From an uncultured Nitrospiraceae bacterium (GTDB lineage: Bacteria; Nitrospirota; Thermodesulfovibrionia; Thermodesulfovibrionales; Dissulfurispiraceae), in the NCBI GenBank assembly GCA_963705105.1, contig CAVPIW010000006.1:544001-608000 (forward strand): a stretch of DNA of 64,000 nt, in the 5' to 3' direction. The notes below the pieces were generated by a model. That model made no database searches, was not told the origin of the DNA, and saw only the letters and a program-made list of their open reading frames with translations. A program made the position numbers and the translations under genes. Positions within the stretch are counted from its first letter, which is position 1; every line of letters starts with the position of its first letter. This document shows, one piece after another, positions 42,243-51,036 of this stretch.

Positions 42243-42479
42243 CTATCCGCACATGCTGAAAGGGCCCTTGATCTTCACCCGGAGGTGGCCGTCGTCCTCT
42301 TTTTCGACGGTGTAATCGGCCCTGCAGGCCCTGATGTAGATCTCGAACTTCCTGAGGTCTTCCTTGTCGTCATCGATCAGCACGTCGACATCGACAAAGA
42401 CGCTGCAGAGTCCTTCAAGATGGCGCTTGAACTCCCTGATGTGCTCCGGGTTCTTCAGTCCCCGCGCGTCGATGAGCAT
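42243..42479 (-). CDS. Small TusA/SirA-like fold protein lacking the CPxP cysteine
   Basis: LIDARGLKNPEH versus the TusA consensus DxRGLxCPxP; VLIDD motif; matching length. Confidence 0.55.
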   Translation of the reverse strand: MLIDARGLKNPEHIREFKRHLEGLCSVFVDVDVLIDDDKEDLRKFEIYIRACRADYTVEKEDDGHLRVKIKGPFSMCG

Positions 42480-42572
42480 GACGACCCCCCTTTCAGCAGA
42501 CGGATTGATCGATTGATCTCAGGCAGCGATACTCAGCCGGCAGTCGGAAAGATAAAACATACGGTCAACGCA

Positions 42573-42745
42573 GACGGGGAGGCCGATGTGGTGAAAAGCC
42601 TTTCCGCTAAGATACCTTGTTTATCTCCAGACCACCCTTTGCCGTGTCTATTGATACCGGAAGCCAATCAGGCAACAGGCACCGGACACCTTGAAATGTC
42701 TCACCATCGCATTGGAAAGACTTTGAACCATATCTGCCTTCCCGG
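42573..42745 (+). repeat. Long-unit outer shell without the inner module (copy R9)
   Basis: GACGGGGAGGCCGATGTGGTGAAAAGCCTTTCC...GGAAAGACTTTGAACCATATCTGCCTTCCCGG, lacking the inner hairpin present in R4, R5 and R10. Confidence 0.88.
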
Positions 42746-42798
42746 AAAAACACCGTGTACAACGAAATCGAGCCGAATAGACTCCGGGCAACGTCTTT

Positions 42799-43737
42799 CT
42801 ACAATGCCGACAGGGTTTTGTTCAGCGTCTCTACATTCTCGACGTTGAAGATGCGCACCGAGGGCTCTATTCTTTTGATCAGTCCCGAGAGCACTTTGCC
42901 CGGCCCGACTTCGATGAAAGTGCCGGCATCGGTCGCCGCAATGGCCTTCACACAATCCTCCCACAGGACGGGATGACTGAGTTGTTTCACGAGGGCCTGC
43001 CGGATGACAGCGCTTTCCGTCGTGATGCGTGCGTCGGCATTGCAGACGATGGGGATTTTCGCATCCCTCAGGGCGATCGCCGCGAGGGCGCTTTCGAACA
43101 GCTTGGCCGCCTCCTCCATGAGCCTGCAGTGAGAAGGGATGCTGACATTCAGCTTCACTGCCCGTTTCGCCCCGCTGTCGAGGGCTTTCTTCATGGCCTC
43201 CTCGACGGCTTCTTTCTCGCCCGATATGACTATCTGGCCGGGGCAGTTGTAGTTCGCCGCCCCGACATAGCCCGTCGTAATGCCCGCGCAGACATCATCG
43301 AGGTCCTTTCTTTCCATGCCGAGGATGGCCGCCATGAGCCCCGTGCCTTCCGGTACCGCCTCCTGCATGATACGGCCACGCACCTCCGTTATCCTGACGG
43401 CGTCGGCAAAGGACAAGGCGCCGGCGGCGACGAGGGCTGAGTACTCACCGAGGCTGTGCCCCGCAACGACCGAGGGGACGACACCTTTCAACGTAAGGGC
43501 CCGGTACGCTGCGACGCTTGCGACGAGGAGGCTGGGCTGCGTCCTGACGGTCCTGTTCAGCTCCGACGCCGGTCCCTCGAAGCTCAGCTGTCCGAGATCA
43601 TATCCGAGAAGGCCCGAGGCCTCCTCATAATAGCCCTTTACCTCACCGACCCGTTCAAAGAGGTCTTTGCCCATGCCGACGGACTGGGACCCCTGCCCGG
43701 GAAAGACGACGGCGATCTTACTCTTGTCCTTTAGCAT
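42799..43737 (-). CDS. fabD: Malonyl CoA-ACP transacylase
   Basis: FPGQGSQ, GHSLGEY, ANYNCPGQ, EVGPGKVL. Confidence 0.97.
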   Translation of the reverse strand: MLKDKSKIAVVFPGQGSQSVGMGKDLFERVGEVKGYYEEASGLLGYDLGQLSFEGPASELNRTVRTQPSLLVASVAAYRALTLKGVVPSVVAGHSLGEYSALVAAGALSFADAVRITEVRGRIMQEAVPEGTGLMAAILGMERKDLDDVCAGITTGYVGAANYNCPGQIVISGEKEAVEEAMKKALDSGAKRAVKLNVSIPSHCRLMEEAAKLFESALAAIALRDAKIPIVCNADARITTESAVIRQALVKQLSHPVLWEDCVKAIAATDAGTFIEVGPGKVLSGLIKRIEPSVRIFNVENVETLNKTLSAL

Positions 43738-44917
43738 CTTTCAGTTTCCTTATCAGGACCGGCACCACCTCGTTGACATCGCCGACGATGCCGTAAGTCG
43801 CCACGGAGAAGATGGGCGCGTCCGGGTTCTTGTTGATAGCGATGATCATGTCTGACGACTGCATCCCCACAAGGTGCTGCACCGCGCCGGAGATGCCGCA
43901 GGCGATGTATATCTTCGGGCAGACCGTCTTGCCCGTCTGGCCGACCTGGTGACTGTAAGAGACCCATCCCTCGTCCACGGCGGCCCTCGATGCGGCAAGG
44001 GCGCCTCCCAGCAGATTAGCCAGCTCGGAGAGCATCTCGAACCCCTTGGGGCCGCCCACTCCCCTGCCGCCGGCGACGATGAACTCGGCCTCCTGGAGGT
44101 TGACGGAGCACTCCGATTCCTCTTTCACCGACTCCAGGACCTTCGTTCTGCAACGGACGTTCTCCGGTTTTATCTCTATGATCTCTCCCGTTCTTGCCGG
44201 GTCGTACTCGTTCCTCTTCATGACCCTCGGCCTCACCGTCGCCATCTGGGGCCGGTGGCGGGGGCACAGGATGGTGGCCATGATGTTGCCGCCGAAGGCG
44301 GGCCGCACCTGGAGGAGGTGACCCGATTCCTCGTCGATTGAAAGGGAAGTGCAGTCCGCTGTCAGGCCCGTACGGAGGCGGGCGGCGACGCGGGGGAAGA
44401 AAGACCTGCCGATGGGTGTTGCCCCGGCAAGGACGATTTCCGGTTTATGGGACCCGATGAGCTCCATGAACATCTGCGCATAGGGCTCGTCGTTGAACTG
44501 GTCGAAAAGGGGGTCGCTGACGTGATAGACCCTGTCGGCGCCCCAGGCGATGAGCTCCCGTGCCTCCTCCGGGGAGGCGCCGAAAAGCACCGCAGAAAGG
44601 CTTGTCTTCCGCACGTCGGCGAGGGCCCTGCCGGCGCCGAGAAGCTCGTACGCCACGGAGGCGACCAGGCCTTCTCTCTGCTCTGCGAAGACCCAGACAC
44701 CACTGTATCCGGACAGGTCGACAGCCGTCCTCTCGTCACCCGCCTCGGCCACCTCGACGATGGCCCCTTCGGGGCAGAGGCTCATGCAGATCTTGCAGAA
44801 ATCGCAGTAATCGGTGATCAGGGCCTTTTCGCCCTGCATTTCGATGGCTGAATGGGGGCATGAATCGACGCACTGTCCGCAGCCCGTGCAGAGTTCCTCC
44901 CTGATGACTATACGCAT
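43718..44917 (-). CDS. etfA: Electron transfer flavoprotein alpha subunit with N-terminal 2x[4Fe-4S] ferredoxin
   Basis: CTGCGQCVDSCP and CDFCKICMSLCP; GLTADCT, RPAFGGN, QVGQTGK, GISGAVQH. Confidence 0.95.
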   Translation of the reverse strand: MRIVIREELCTGCGQCVDSCPHSAIEMQGEKALITDYCDFCKICMSLCPEGAIVEVAEAGDERTAVDLSGYSGVWVFAEQREGLVASVAYELLGAGRALADVRKTSLSAVLFGASPEEARELIAWGADRVYHVSDPLFDQFNDEPYAQMFMELIGSHKPEIVLAGATPIGRSFFPRVAARLRTGLTADCTSLSIDEESGHLLQVRPAFGGNIMATILCPRHRPQMATVRPRVMKRNEYDPARTGEIIEIKPENVRCRTKVLESVKEESECSVNLQEAEFIVAGGRGVGGPKGFEMLSELANLLGGALAASRAAVDEGWVSYSHQVGQTGKTVCPKIYIACGISGAVQHLVGMQSSDMIIAINKNPDAPIFSVATYGIVGDVNEVVPVLIRKLKDAKGQE

Positions 44918-45690
44918 TGCAGCCTCTTCAGCTCCCGGACCAGTTCCTCGACCTGCTCCTCCATCGACCCTTCGAGCTTCCGCCGGTCCGACTTCGCCGG
45001 CGGCGGAAAGATGTTCTTCACCTGAGTCGGCGATCCTTTCAACCCGACGTCATCGCCTGCAGCGCCGATGGAGGCCATATCCATACGCTGAATGACAGCC
45101 TTCTTCGCGGCCATCTTCCCCTTCAGCGAAGGCAGGCGGGGCGTGTTTATCTCCCTGACGACGGTCAGCAAGACCGGCAGCGACGATTCAACCCGGTCGA
45201 ACCCGTCATCCATGAGCCTCTGGACCACGATTGTTTGTGCCGTTACCTCATCGATTTTCCTGACATAGGCGATGTGGGGAATATCGAGGAACTCCGCCAT
45301 TTCCGGTCCGACCTGGGCGGTGTCGCCGTCGATCGCCTGTTTGCCACAAAGAATGAGATCGAAACCGGCCGCTTCCGACGCCTTTGCCAGCGTGTAGGCT
45401 GTCGCCCACGTGTCCGCCCCTGCAAAGGCCCTGTCGGTGATGAGTCTCGCCTCGTCGACGCCCATGGCGATCGTCTCCCTGAGGGCATCCTCCGCCTGGG
45501 GCGGGCCCATCGTCATGACGGTCACCTTCCCCCCTACCTTTTCGCGGACCTGGAGCGCCGCCTCGACGGCGTGGAGGTCATAGGGATTGATGATGCTCGG
45601 CACTCCCTCCCGGATGAGCGTGTGCGTCTCAGGGTGGATCCTGACATCGGCTGTATCGGGTACCTGCTTAATGCAGACGATGATGTTCAC
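44908..45690 (-). CDS. etfB: Electron transfer flavoprotein beta subunit
   Basis: CIKQVPDT, DRAFAGADTWAT, GKQAIDGDTAQVG. Confidence 0.96.
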   Translation of the reverse strand: MNIIVCIKQVPDTADVRIHPETHTLIREGVPSIINPYDLHAVEAALQVREKVGGKVTVMTMGPPQAEDALRETIAMGVDEARLITDRAFAGADTWATAYTLAKASEAAGFDLILCGKQAIDGDTAQVGPEMAEFLDIPHIAYVRKIDEVTAQTIVVQRLMDDGFDRVESSLPVLLTVVREINTPRLPSLKGKMAAKKAVIQRMDMASIGAAGDDVGLKGSPTQVKNIFPPPAKSDRRKLEGSMEEQVEELVRELKRLQCV

Positions 45691-45731
45691 GTCCGTCCTC
45701 CCGCAAAAATTTAGAACCGATAGTTTACCGT

Positions 45732-46121
45732 TTATTCTTCTTTCTTTTCAAGTACTACAGTGGCGACTGCATAGGTCGTTTCGTGTGCCAGTGTCAGGTG
45801 GATGACCGTACCCGCGCAGACGGCGGAGAGCCTCCCGTGAACGATGAGAGACGGCTTGCCGGATGGGGCATTGACGACCTCGATATCCCTCAGGACCGAC
45901 ACCGGCAACACCCTGCGTCCGACCTCCGTGCTGAAGGCCTTGATGAAGGCCTCCTTTGCGGCGAAGCGGACCGCCAGGGATGGAAAGGGGTCCTTTCTCG
46001 TCATGCAATGCGCGATCTCGCCGTCGGTGAAGACCTTCTTCAGGAAGCGGTCTCCCCACCGCCCGACGGCCCGGCGCATCCTTGACACGTCAACGATGTC
46101 AGTACCGATGCCTCGTATCAT
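45732..46121 (-). CDS. acpS: Holo-ACP synthase
   Basis: GIGTDIV, RFAAKEAFIKA, SGKP. Confidence 0.95.
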   Translation of the reverse strand: MIRGIGTDIVDVSRMRRAVGRWGDRFLKKVFTDGEIAHCMTRKDPFPSLAVRFAAKEAFIKAFSTEVGRRVLPVSVLRDIEVVNAPSGKPSLIVHGRLSAVCAGTVIHLTLAHETTYAVATVVLEKKEE

Positions 46122-46131
46122 CCACACCCCG

Positions 46132-46174
46132 GTCATTAAGTCATTGAGTTATTAAGTCACTGAGTCATTGAGTC
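46132..46174. repeat. 8-bp tandem repeat (GTCATTGA-like, five units)
   Basis: GTCATTAA GTCATTGA GTTATTAA GTCACTGA GTCATTGA GTC. Confidence 0.8.
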
Positions 46175-46218
46175 TTTCGTCAGCAGTCGAAAGTCGAAAC
46201 CACGCTGTGATGGCCCGA

Positions 46219-46858
46219 ACGGGAAAGCTGATGTGGTGAAAATCCTTTCCGCTAAGATACCTTATTCATCCCCGGACCACCCTTTGCCGTGTCTACTTAT
46301 CGGAGCATACGCCATCCGGAAAGGCCGGGTGTATGCGCCGAAAACCTTAATGCGGCAACACCGTAACCGTCACAAAAGAAAATGATTCAGGCCGCTGTCA
46401 GAAAAGAGCGAGCCTTTTTTCTGACACTCACACTGACACGTACACTGTCTTTCAGAGCGCTTCGTCCCGCCTTTCTATGCAACTGCAAGGTCTACTGCTG
46501 CCACAAACCCGTCAGGCAAAAGGCGATGAACACCTCGAGATGTGCACATTGCTTCATAGGCCCGACCGAAAGGCGAGGCAAAGCGCCGAAAAGCATCGGT
46601 GCTGCGAAACCGCTGCCGTCCCATAGAGAGCATGGAAGCACAACTGTTGATGATACAAAGGGTGAAATCTTCACAACCAATAATAAACAATCATGCTCGC
46701 TATCAGCGAGGCTTTGAGGCGTTTTGCCCCGCCTTTCGGTGCATCTGCCAATATGGTGCTCATCATCGCATTGGAAAGGCTTTGAACCATATCTGACTTC
46801 CCGATAAACGCACAGCTATCCGCACGTCTTTAACACACTGTGTCCCGCCTTTTCATGC
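46219..46858 (+). repeat. Composite modular repeat: long unit (46219-46803) with a short unit inserted at 46298-46496 (copy R10)
   Basis: Long unit colinear with R5; the insert is flanked by GTCTACT at 46291-46297 and 46490-46496. Confidence 0.9.
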
Positions 46859-46869
46859 TCTCAGGCACT

Positions 46870-47592
46870 TCATGACGCCTGCGCCTTCGCTATGAGGTCC
46901 TTCATCTCCCTGACAGCCCGTTCTATGCCGACGAGCACAGACCTCGAAATGATGCTGTGGCCGATGTAGAGTCCCCTTAATCCCTTGATGGAGGCGATTT
47001 TCCGGACATTGAAATAGGTGAGCCCGTGGCCTGCATTCGCAAGGAGGCCTTCCCGGTGCGCCGTCCCGATCGCCTCCATCACGCGGTGCAGCTCCCCGTC
47101 CTGCGCTTTTCCCCGGGAGTTCGCGTAGAGTCCCGTATGGATCTCGACCATGTCCGCGCCGGTCTCTTTCGCTATTTCGACATCGGAAGCCGAGGGGTTG
47201 ATGAAGAGGCTCACGGGCATGCCGCCGTCATGTATCCTGGCGATCGCCTGTTTCAGGTGGTCCCGCATGGCAGCCATATCAAGCCCGCCTTCCGTCGTCA
47301 GCTCCTGCCGCTTTTCCGGCACGAGCGTGACGAAATCAGGATGGACCGTGAGGGCGATCCCGATCATTTCATCCGTCGCCGCCATCTCGAGATTGAGCTC
47401 CGTCCGGACGACCTCCCTCATGATCCTGAGGTCCCTGTCATTGATATGTCGCCGGTCTTCCCTCAGATGGACGGTGATACCGTCGGCGCCGCCCAATACG
47501 GCAAGGGTCGCCGCCATGACGGGATCGGGCTCAAAGGTCTTCCGCGCCTCCCTCACGGTGGCGACATGATCGACATTCACACCGAGTACCAT
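46870..47592 (-). CDS. pdxJ: Pyridoxine 5'-phosphate synthase
   Basis: LGVNVDHVATVR, ITVHLREDRRHI, ELTTEGG, NAGHGL. Confidence 0.98.
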   Translation of the reverse strand: MVLGVNVDHVATVREARKTFEPDPVMAATLAVLGGADGITVHLREDRRHINDRDLRIMREVVRTELNLEMAATDEMIGIALTVHPDFVTLVPEKRQELTTEGGLDMAAMRDHLKQAIARIHDGGMPVSLFINPSASDVEIAKETGADMVEIHTGLYANSRGKAQDGELHRVMEAIGTAHREGLLANAGHGLTYFNVRKIASIKGLRGLYIGHSIISRSVLVGIERAVREMKDLIAKAQAS

Positions 47593-47603
47593 GCAGTTCC
47601 TCC

Positions 47604-48353
47604 TCAGTAGATAATGGTATAAAAAGCGATTCCCAGGTATTCATGCACTGCCGCGGCGACTTTTCGGTAGTCGCTTGGCAGGTAGTCTGTCCAGTCGTAT
47701 TGTTTTCCCTGTGCCGACTTGAACGACGCGGGAAAGGGTGTCACGTCCATGCCGGCTTTCCTGAAGCTCAGGACGGCCCTCTTGAGATGGTAGGCTGAGG
47801 TGACGACAACGGGACGTTTCAGCCTGAGTTCACGGCAGAGCTCCTTCGTATATTGAGCGTTCTCGAAGGTGTCCCTGCTCCTTTCCTCGACAATGATCTG
47901 CTGAGGAGCCACCCCAAGGTCAAGGAGAAAGCGTCTGACGATCGGCGCCTCCGCCTCCTTGTGTTCGAAAACCTTGCCGCCCGACACGATAATGGGAATG
48001 TCGAGCTTCTTCTGGAGCCGCACGGCCGTCACGATCCTGCCGTACATCTCCTCCGACGGGGCGCCCGTGCCGGTCATATCCGGCGCCTTCCCGTAGACGC
48101 CTCCTCCGAGCAGAACGATCACGTCTCCTTTGGGATCCCGGGGGATGGGAAAGTCACGCTCCAGCCCCCTCATCAGGGCATCGGAGACGGGTGTGACGGA
48201 CACGCCCCACATGACGAGGCCTATCAGGAAGGTCACCAGGCCCGGCGCCACCTTTTTTCTCAGGAAAAACCAGACCGCCGCGAACAGGAGGATGACGATG
48301 AATATCCCCGGCGGCAGGATGAATGCGGCGATGGCCTTCTTGATCAGAAACAC
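47604..48353 (-). CDS. YdcF/ElyC (DUF218) family membrane protein
   Basis: IVLLGGG, IIVSGG, SRDTFENA, VTSAYHLKRA, HEYLG. Confidence 0.9.
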   Translation of the reverse strand: MFLIKKAIAAFILPPGIFIVILLFAAVWFFLRKKVAPGLVTFLIGLVMWGVSVTPVSDALMRGLERDFPIPRDPKGDVIVLLGGGVYGKAPDMTGTGAPSEEMYGRIVTAVRLQKKLDIPIIVSGGKVFEHKEAEAPIVRRFLLDLGVAPQQIIVEERSRDTFENAQYTKELCRELRLKRPVVVTSAYHLKRAVLSFRKAGMDVTPFPASFKSAQGKQYDWTDYLPSDYRKVAAAVHEYLGIAFYTIIY

Positions 48354-48356
48354 CGG

Positions 48357-50054
48357 TCAGTCCGTGCCGGAGAATTTGACGAGAGTCCCACGCTTCGACC
48401 CGTAACGAAAAACGGTTATGCCCTTGAGGCCCTTCTCATAGGCGAGGAGGAGGATCTCCGCTATCCCCTCAGGGGAGATGGTCCGGGGGAGGTTGATCGT
48501 CTTTGATACGGCGTTGTCCGTGTATTCCTGGAAGGCGGCCTGCATCCCGATATGGTCTTTCGGCGGGATTTCGTGGGCCGTCCTGAACAGTGCCCTGACA
48601 TCCCGCGGCAATTCCCTGATGCCCTTCAGTGTTCCCTGCCGCCTGACGCGCTCCATGAGTGCGCCGGAATAGAACCCCCGGTCCTTCGCGGTCTGCACGA
48701 AGAGACGATTGATCTCCGTGAGTTCCGTGTCGAGGACGAACCGCTTGTACGCAAGGGCGAAGACAGGCTCTATGCCGCTCGAACAGTCAGCGATCGTCGA
48801 CAGGGTGCCTGTGGGGGCAATGGTCGTCCTCGTCGCATTGCGGACCATCGGCATGCCGGGAGAGTCATAGACGGAGCCACGGAAATTGGGAAACACGCCC
48901 CGCTCCCCGGCAAGCCCTACCGACGCCTCGTTCGCCTTGTCCCGGATGAAACCCATGACCGTCCTCGCCAGGTTGAAGGCGTCGTGGCGATTGTAGGGGA
49001 TGCCCATGAGGATGAGCATATCCGCCCAGCCCATGACACCGAGACCCACTTTCCTGTTTCCCCTGTGCATCCTCTCGATCTCCGGCAGGGGATAGGCGTT
49101 TACGTCGATAGCATCGTCGAGAAACCTGATGCCCGTGACGACATCCCTCCCGAGCAAGGGGAAATCGATGGTCCCGTCGGCCACGTATTTCGAGAGGTTC
49201 AGCGACCCGAGCACGCAGGCCTCGAAGGGCAACAGGGGCTGCTCGCCGCAGGGATTGGTGCTTTCCATGGCGCCGAGGCCCGGCGTGGGGTTCGCCCGGT
49301 TGATCCGGTCGATGAAGACGATGCCGGGATCACCCGTCTCCCAGGCGCTCCGGACGATCTCGTCGAAGACGGTGCGGGCCCTGAGCCGCCGGACCGTATC
49401 GCCGGACCGGGGATTGATCAGGCCATACTCGCCGTCCTGTTTCAGGGCGTCCATGAACGCATCGGTGATGGCCACGGAGATGTTGAAATTGGTTAACTCT
49501 CCACCAGTCCTCTTGACACGCACAAACTCGAGGATATCGGGGTGATCGACGCGGAGGATGCCCATGTTCGCGCCACGCCTGGCGCCGCCCTGCTTGATCA
49601 CGTCCGTCGCCGCGTTGTAGACCTTCATGAACGAGACGGGTCCGCTCGCAATGCCTCCGGTGGACCTGACAATATCGGCGCGGGGCCGCAGCCGGGAGAA
49701 GGAGAAACCCGTACCCCCGCCGCTCTGGAGGATGAGTGCCGCATGCTTCAGGGTGTCAAAGATGCCCTTCATGGAGTCCTCCACGGGCAGGACGAAGCAG
49801 GCGGCGAGCTGACCGGGAGATTTCCCCGCGTTCATGAGTGTCGGGGAATTCGGCAGGAACCGGAGGGACGTCATGATCTCGTAAAAACGTTCCTCCCAGA
49901 GGGCTGCATCGTGGCGATAGATCGATTCCGCCTTGGCGACATGACGGGCGACGCGGCGGAACATCTCATCGGGTGTTTCAATGACCTCGCCTTCTTGGTT
50001 CCTGAAAAGATACCTCGCCCTCAGTATTTTTATGGCGTTTTCTGTCAGTTCCAT
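48357..50054 (-). CDS. nrdJ: Adenosylcobalamin-dependent (class II) ribonucleotide reductase, short NrdJa-like
   Basis: FLPNSPTLMNAG, AACFV, QGGARRGANM, TNPCGEQ, ACVLGS, APTGT, DNAVSKTIN. Confidence 0.9.
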   Translation of the reverse strand: MELTENAIKILRARYLFRNQEGEVIETPDEMFRRVARHVAKAESIYRHDAALWEERFYEIMTSLRFLPNSPTLMNAGKSPGQLAACFVLPVEDSMKGIFDTLKHAALILQSGGGTGFSFSRLRPRADIVRSTGGIASGPVSFMKVYNAATDVIKQGGARRGANMGILRVDHPDILEFVRVKRTGGELTNFNISVAITDAFMDALKQDGEYGLINPRSGDTVRRLRARTVFDEIVRSAWETGDPGIVFIDRINRANPTPGLGAMESTNPCGEQPLLPFEACVLGSLNLSKYVADGTIDFPLLGRDVVTGIRFLDDAIDVNAYPLPEIERMHRGNRKVGLGVMGWADMLILMGIPYNRHDAFNLARTVMGFIRDKANEASVGLAGERGVFPNFRGSVYDSPGMPMVRNATRTTIAPTGTLSTIADCSSGIEPVFALAYKRFVLDTELTEINRLFVQTAKDRGFYSGALMERVRRQGTLKGIRELPRDVRALFRTAHEIPPKDHIGMQAAFQEYTDNAVSKTINLPRTISPEGIAEILLLAYEKGLKGITVFRYGSKRGTLVKFSGTD

Positions 50055-50073
50055 GAGTATAATAGTATACTAC

Positions 50074-50625
50074 ATGATGGATGCCGTGAGGCTTATCGAA
50101 AAGTATTACCCCCAGGATTCCCTTGCCCGTCGTCTCCTTTTGGCTCATAGTATGCTCGTCGCCCGGAAAGCCCTGGAAATCGCCCGGGGGGTTCCTGAAT
50201 TCAGTCCGGACCTTGCCTTTATCGAAGAGGCGTCCCTGCTTCATGACATCGGTATTTTCATGACCAGGGCGGCACGGATCGGCTGCCACGGAGATTTGCC
50301 GTACATCGCCCATGGGCTTATGGGCAGGGAGATACTCGAACAGGAGGGACTGCCCCGGCACGCCCTCGTCTGTGAGCGTCACGTGGGACTCGGCATCACC
50401 CTGTCCGAGATCGAGGAGAATGATTTACCTTTGCCGGCGCACGACATGTCGCCGGTTACCATCGAGGAAAAGATCATCTGCCTCGCCGATAAGTTCTATT
50501 CGAAATACGGGAGCGGACTGACGAGGGAAAAGCCCCTGGACCAAGTCCGGAATGAGATCAGGAAGTACGGGGAACAGAAACTGAAAACCCTGGAGGAGTG
50601 GCTCGTCCTGTTCAGGATGACCTGA
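50074..50625 (+). CDS. HD-domain phosphohydrolase
   Basis: HSMLVA, LLHDIG, CERHVG, ICLADKF. Confidence 0.88.
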   Translation: MMDAVRLIEKYYPQDSLARRLLLAHSMLVARKALEIARGVPEFSPDLAFIEEASLLHDIGIFMTRAARIGCHGDLPYIAHGLMGREILEQEGLPRHALVCERHVGLGITLSEIEENDLPLPAHDMSPVTIEEKIICLADKFYSKYGSGLTREKPLDQVRNEIRKYGEQKLKTLEEWLVLFRMT

Positions 50626-50831
50626 GATGCATCATTCGATTTTCCCGTCTTGCTTCAAAGACACATAAACGTCACTTCCTCTTGCATGGAAAGTCCTTGG
50701 AATACCCGTCGCGACTCGATTTATCAGCCTGCAATCGGATACAATTGATTTTCCGGAAGCCCTGACAACAGTCATCCGTTCCCGGTCGGCAGGGGATCAC
50801 CAATGACAGGATAGGAGAGAGGAGGTGTCCA

Positions 50832-50993
50832 TTGTTCGGCTTCGGTGATGTCTGGGTTGCCCTGGCATACATCCTCTGCGTCGTGAGTTCCCTGTTCTGT
50901 GTGGGCTACGGCATCCTGCACTGGAACGACGAGGAGATGCCGCCGCCCGTCCATCCTCCCGATGAGAACCCGGATTTCGAGGAGACGGAGTAA
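50832..50993 (+). CDS. Small membrane protein, probable symporter accessory subunit (53 aa, below the ORF-track cutoff)
   Basis: GGAGG RBS, TTG start, MFGFGDVWVALAYILCVVSSLFCVGYGILHWNDEEMPPPVHPPDENPDFEETE; directly upstream of the symporter. Confidence 0.8.
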   Translation: MFGFGDVWVALAYILCVVSSLFCVGYGILHWNDEEMPPPVHPPDENPDFEETE

Positions 50994-51036
50994 TGCGGCC
51001 CTGTGAGGGGTCCTGCGAGGGGACTTTTTTCAGGTC

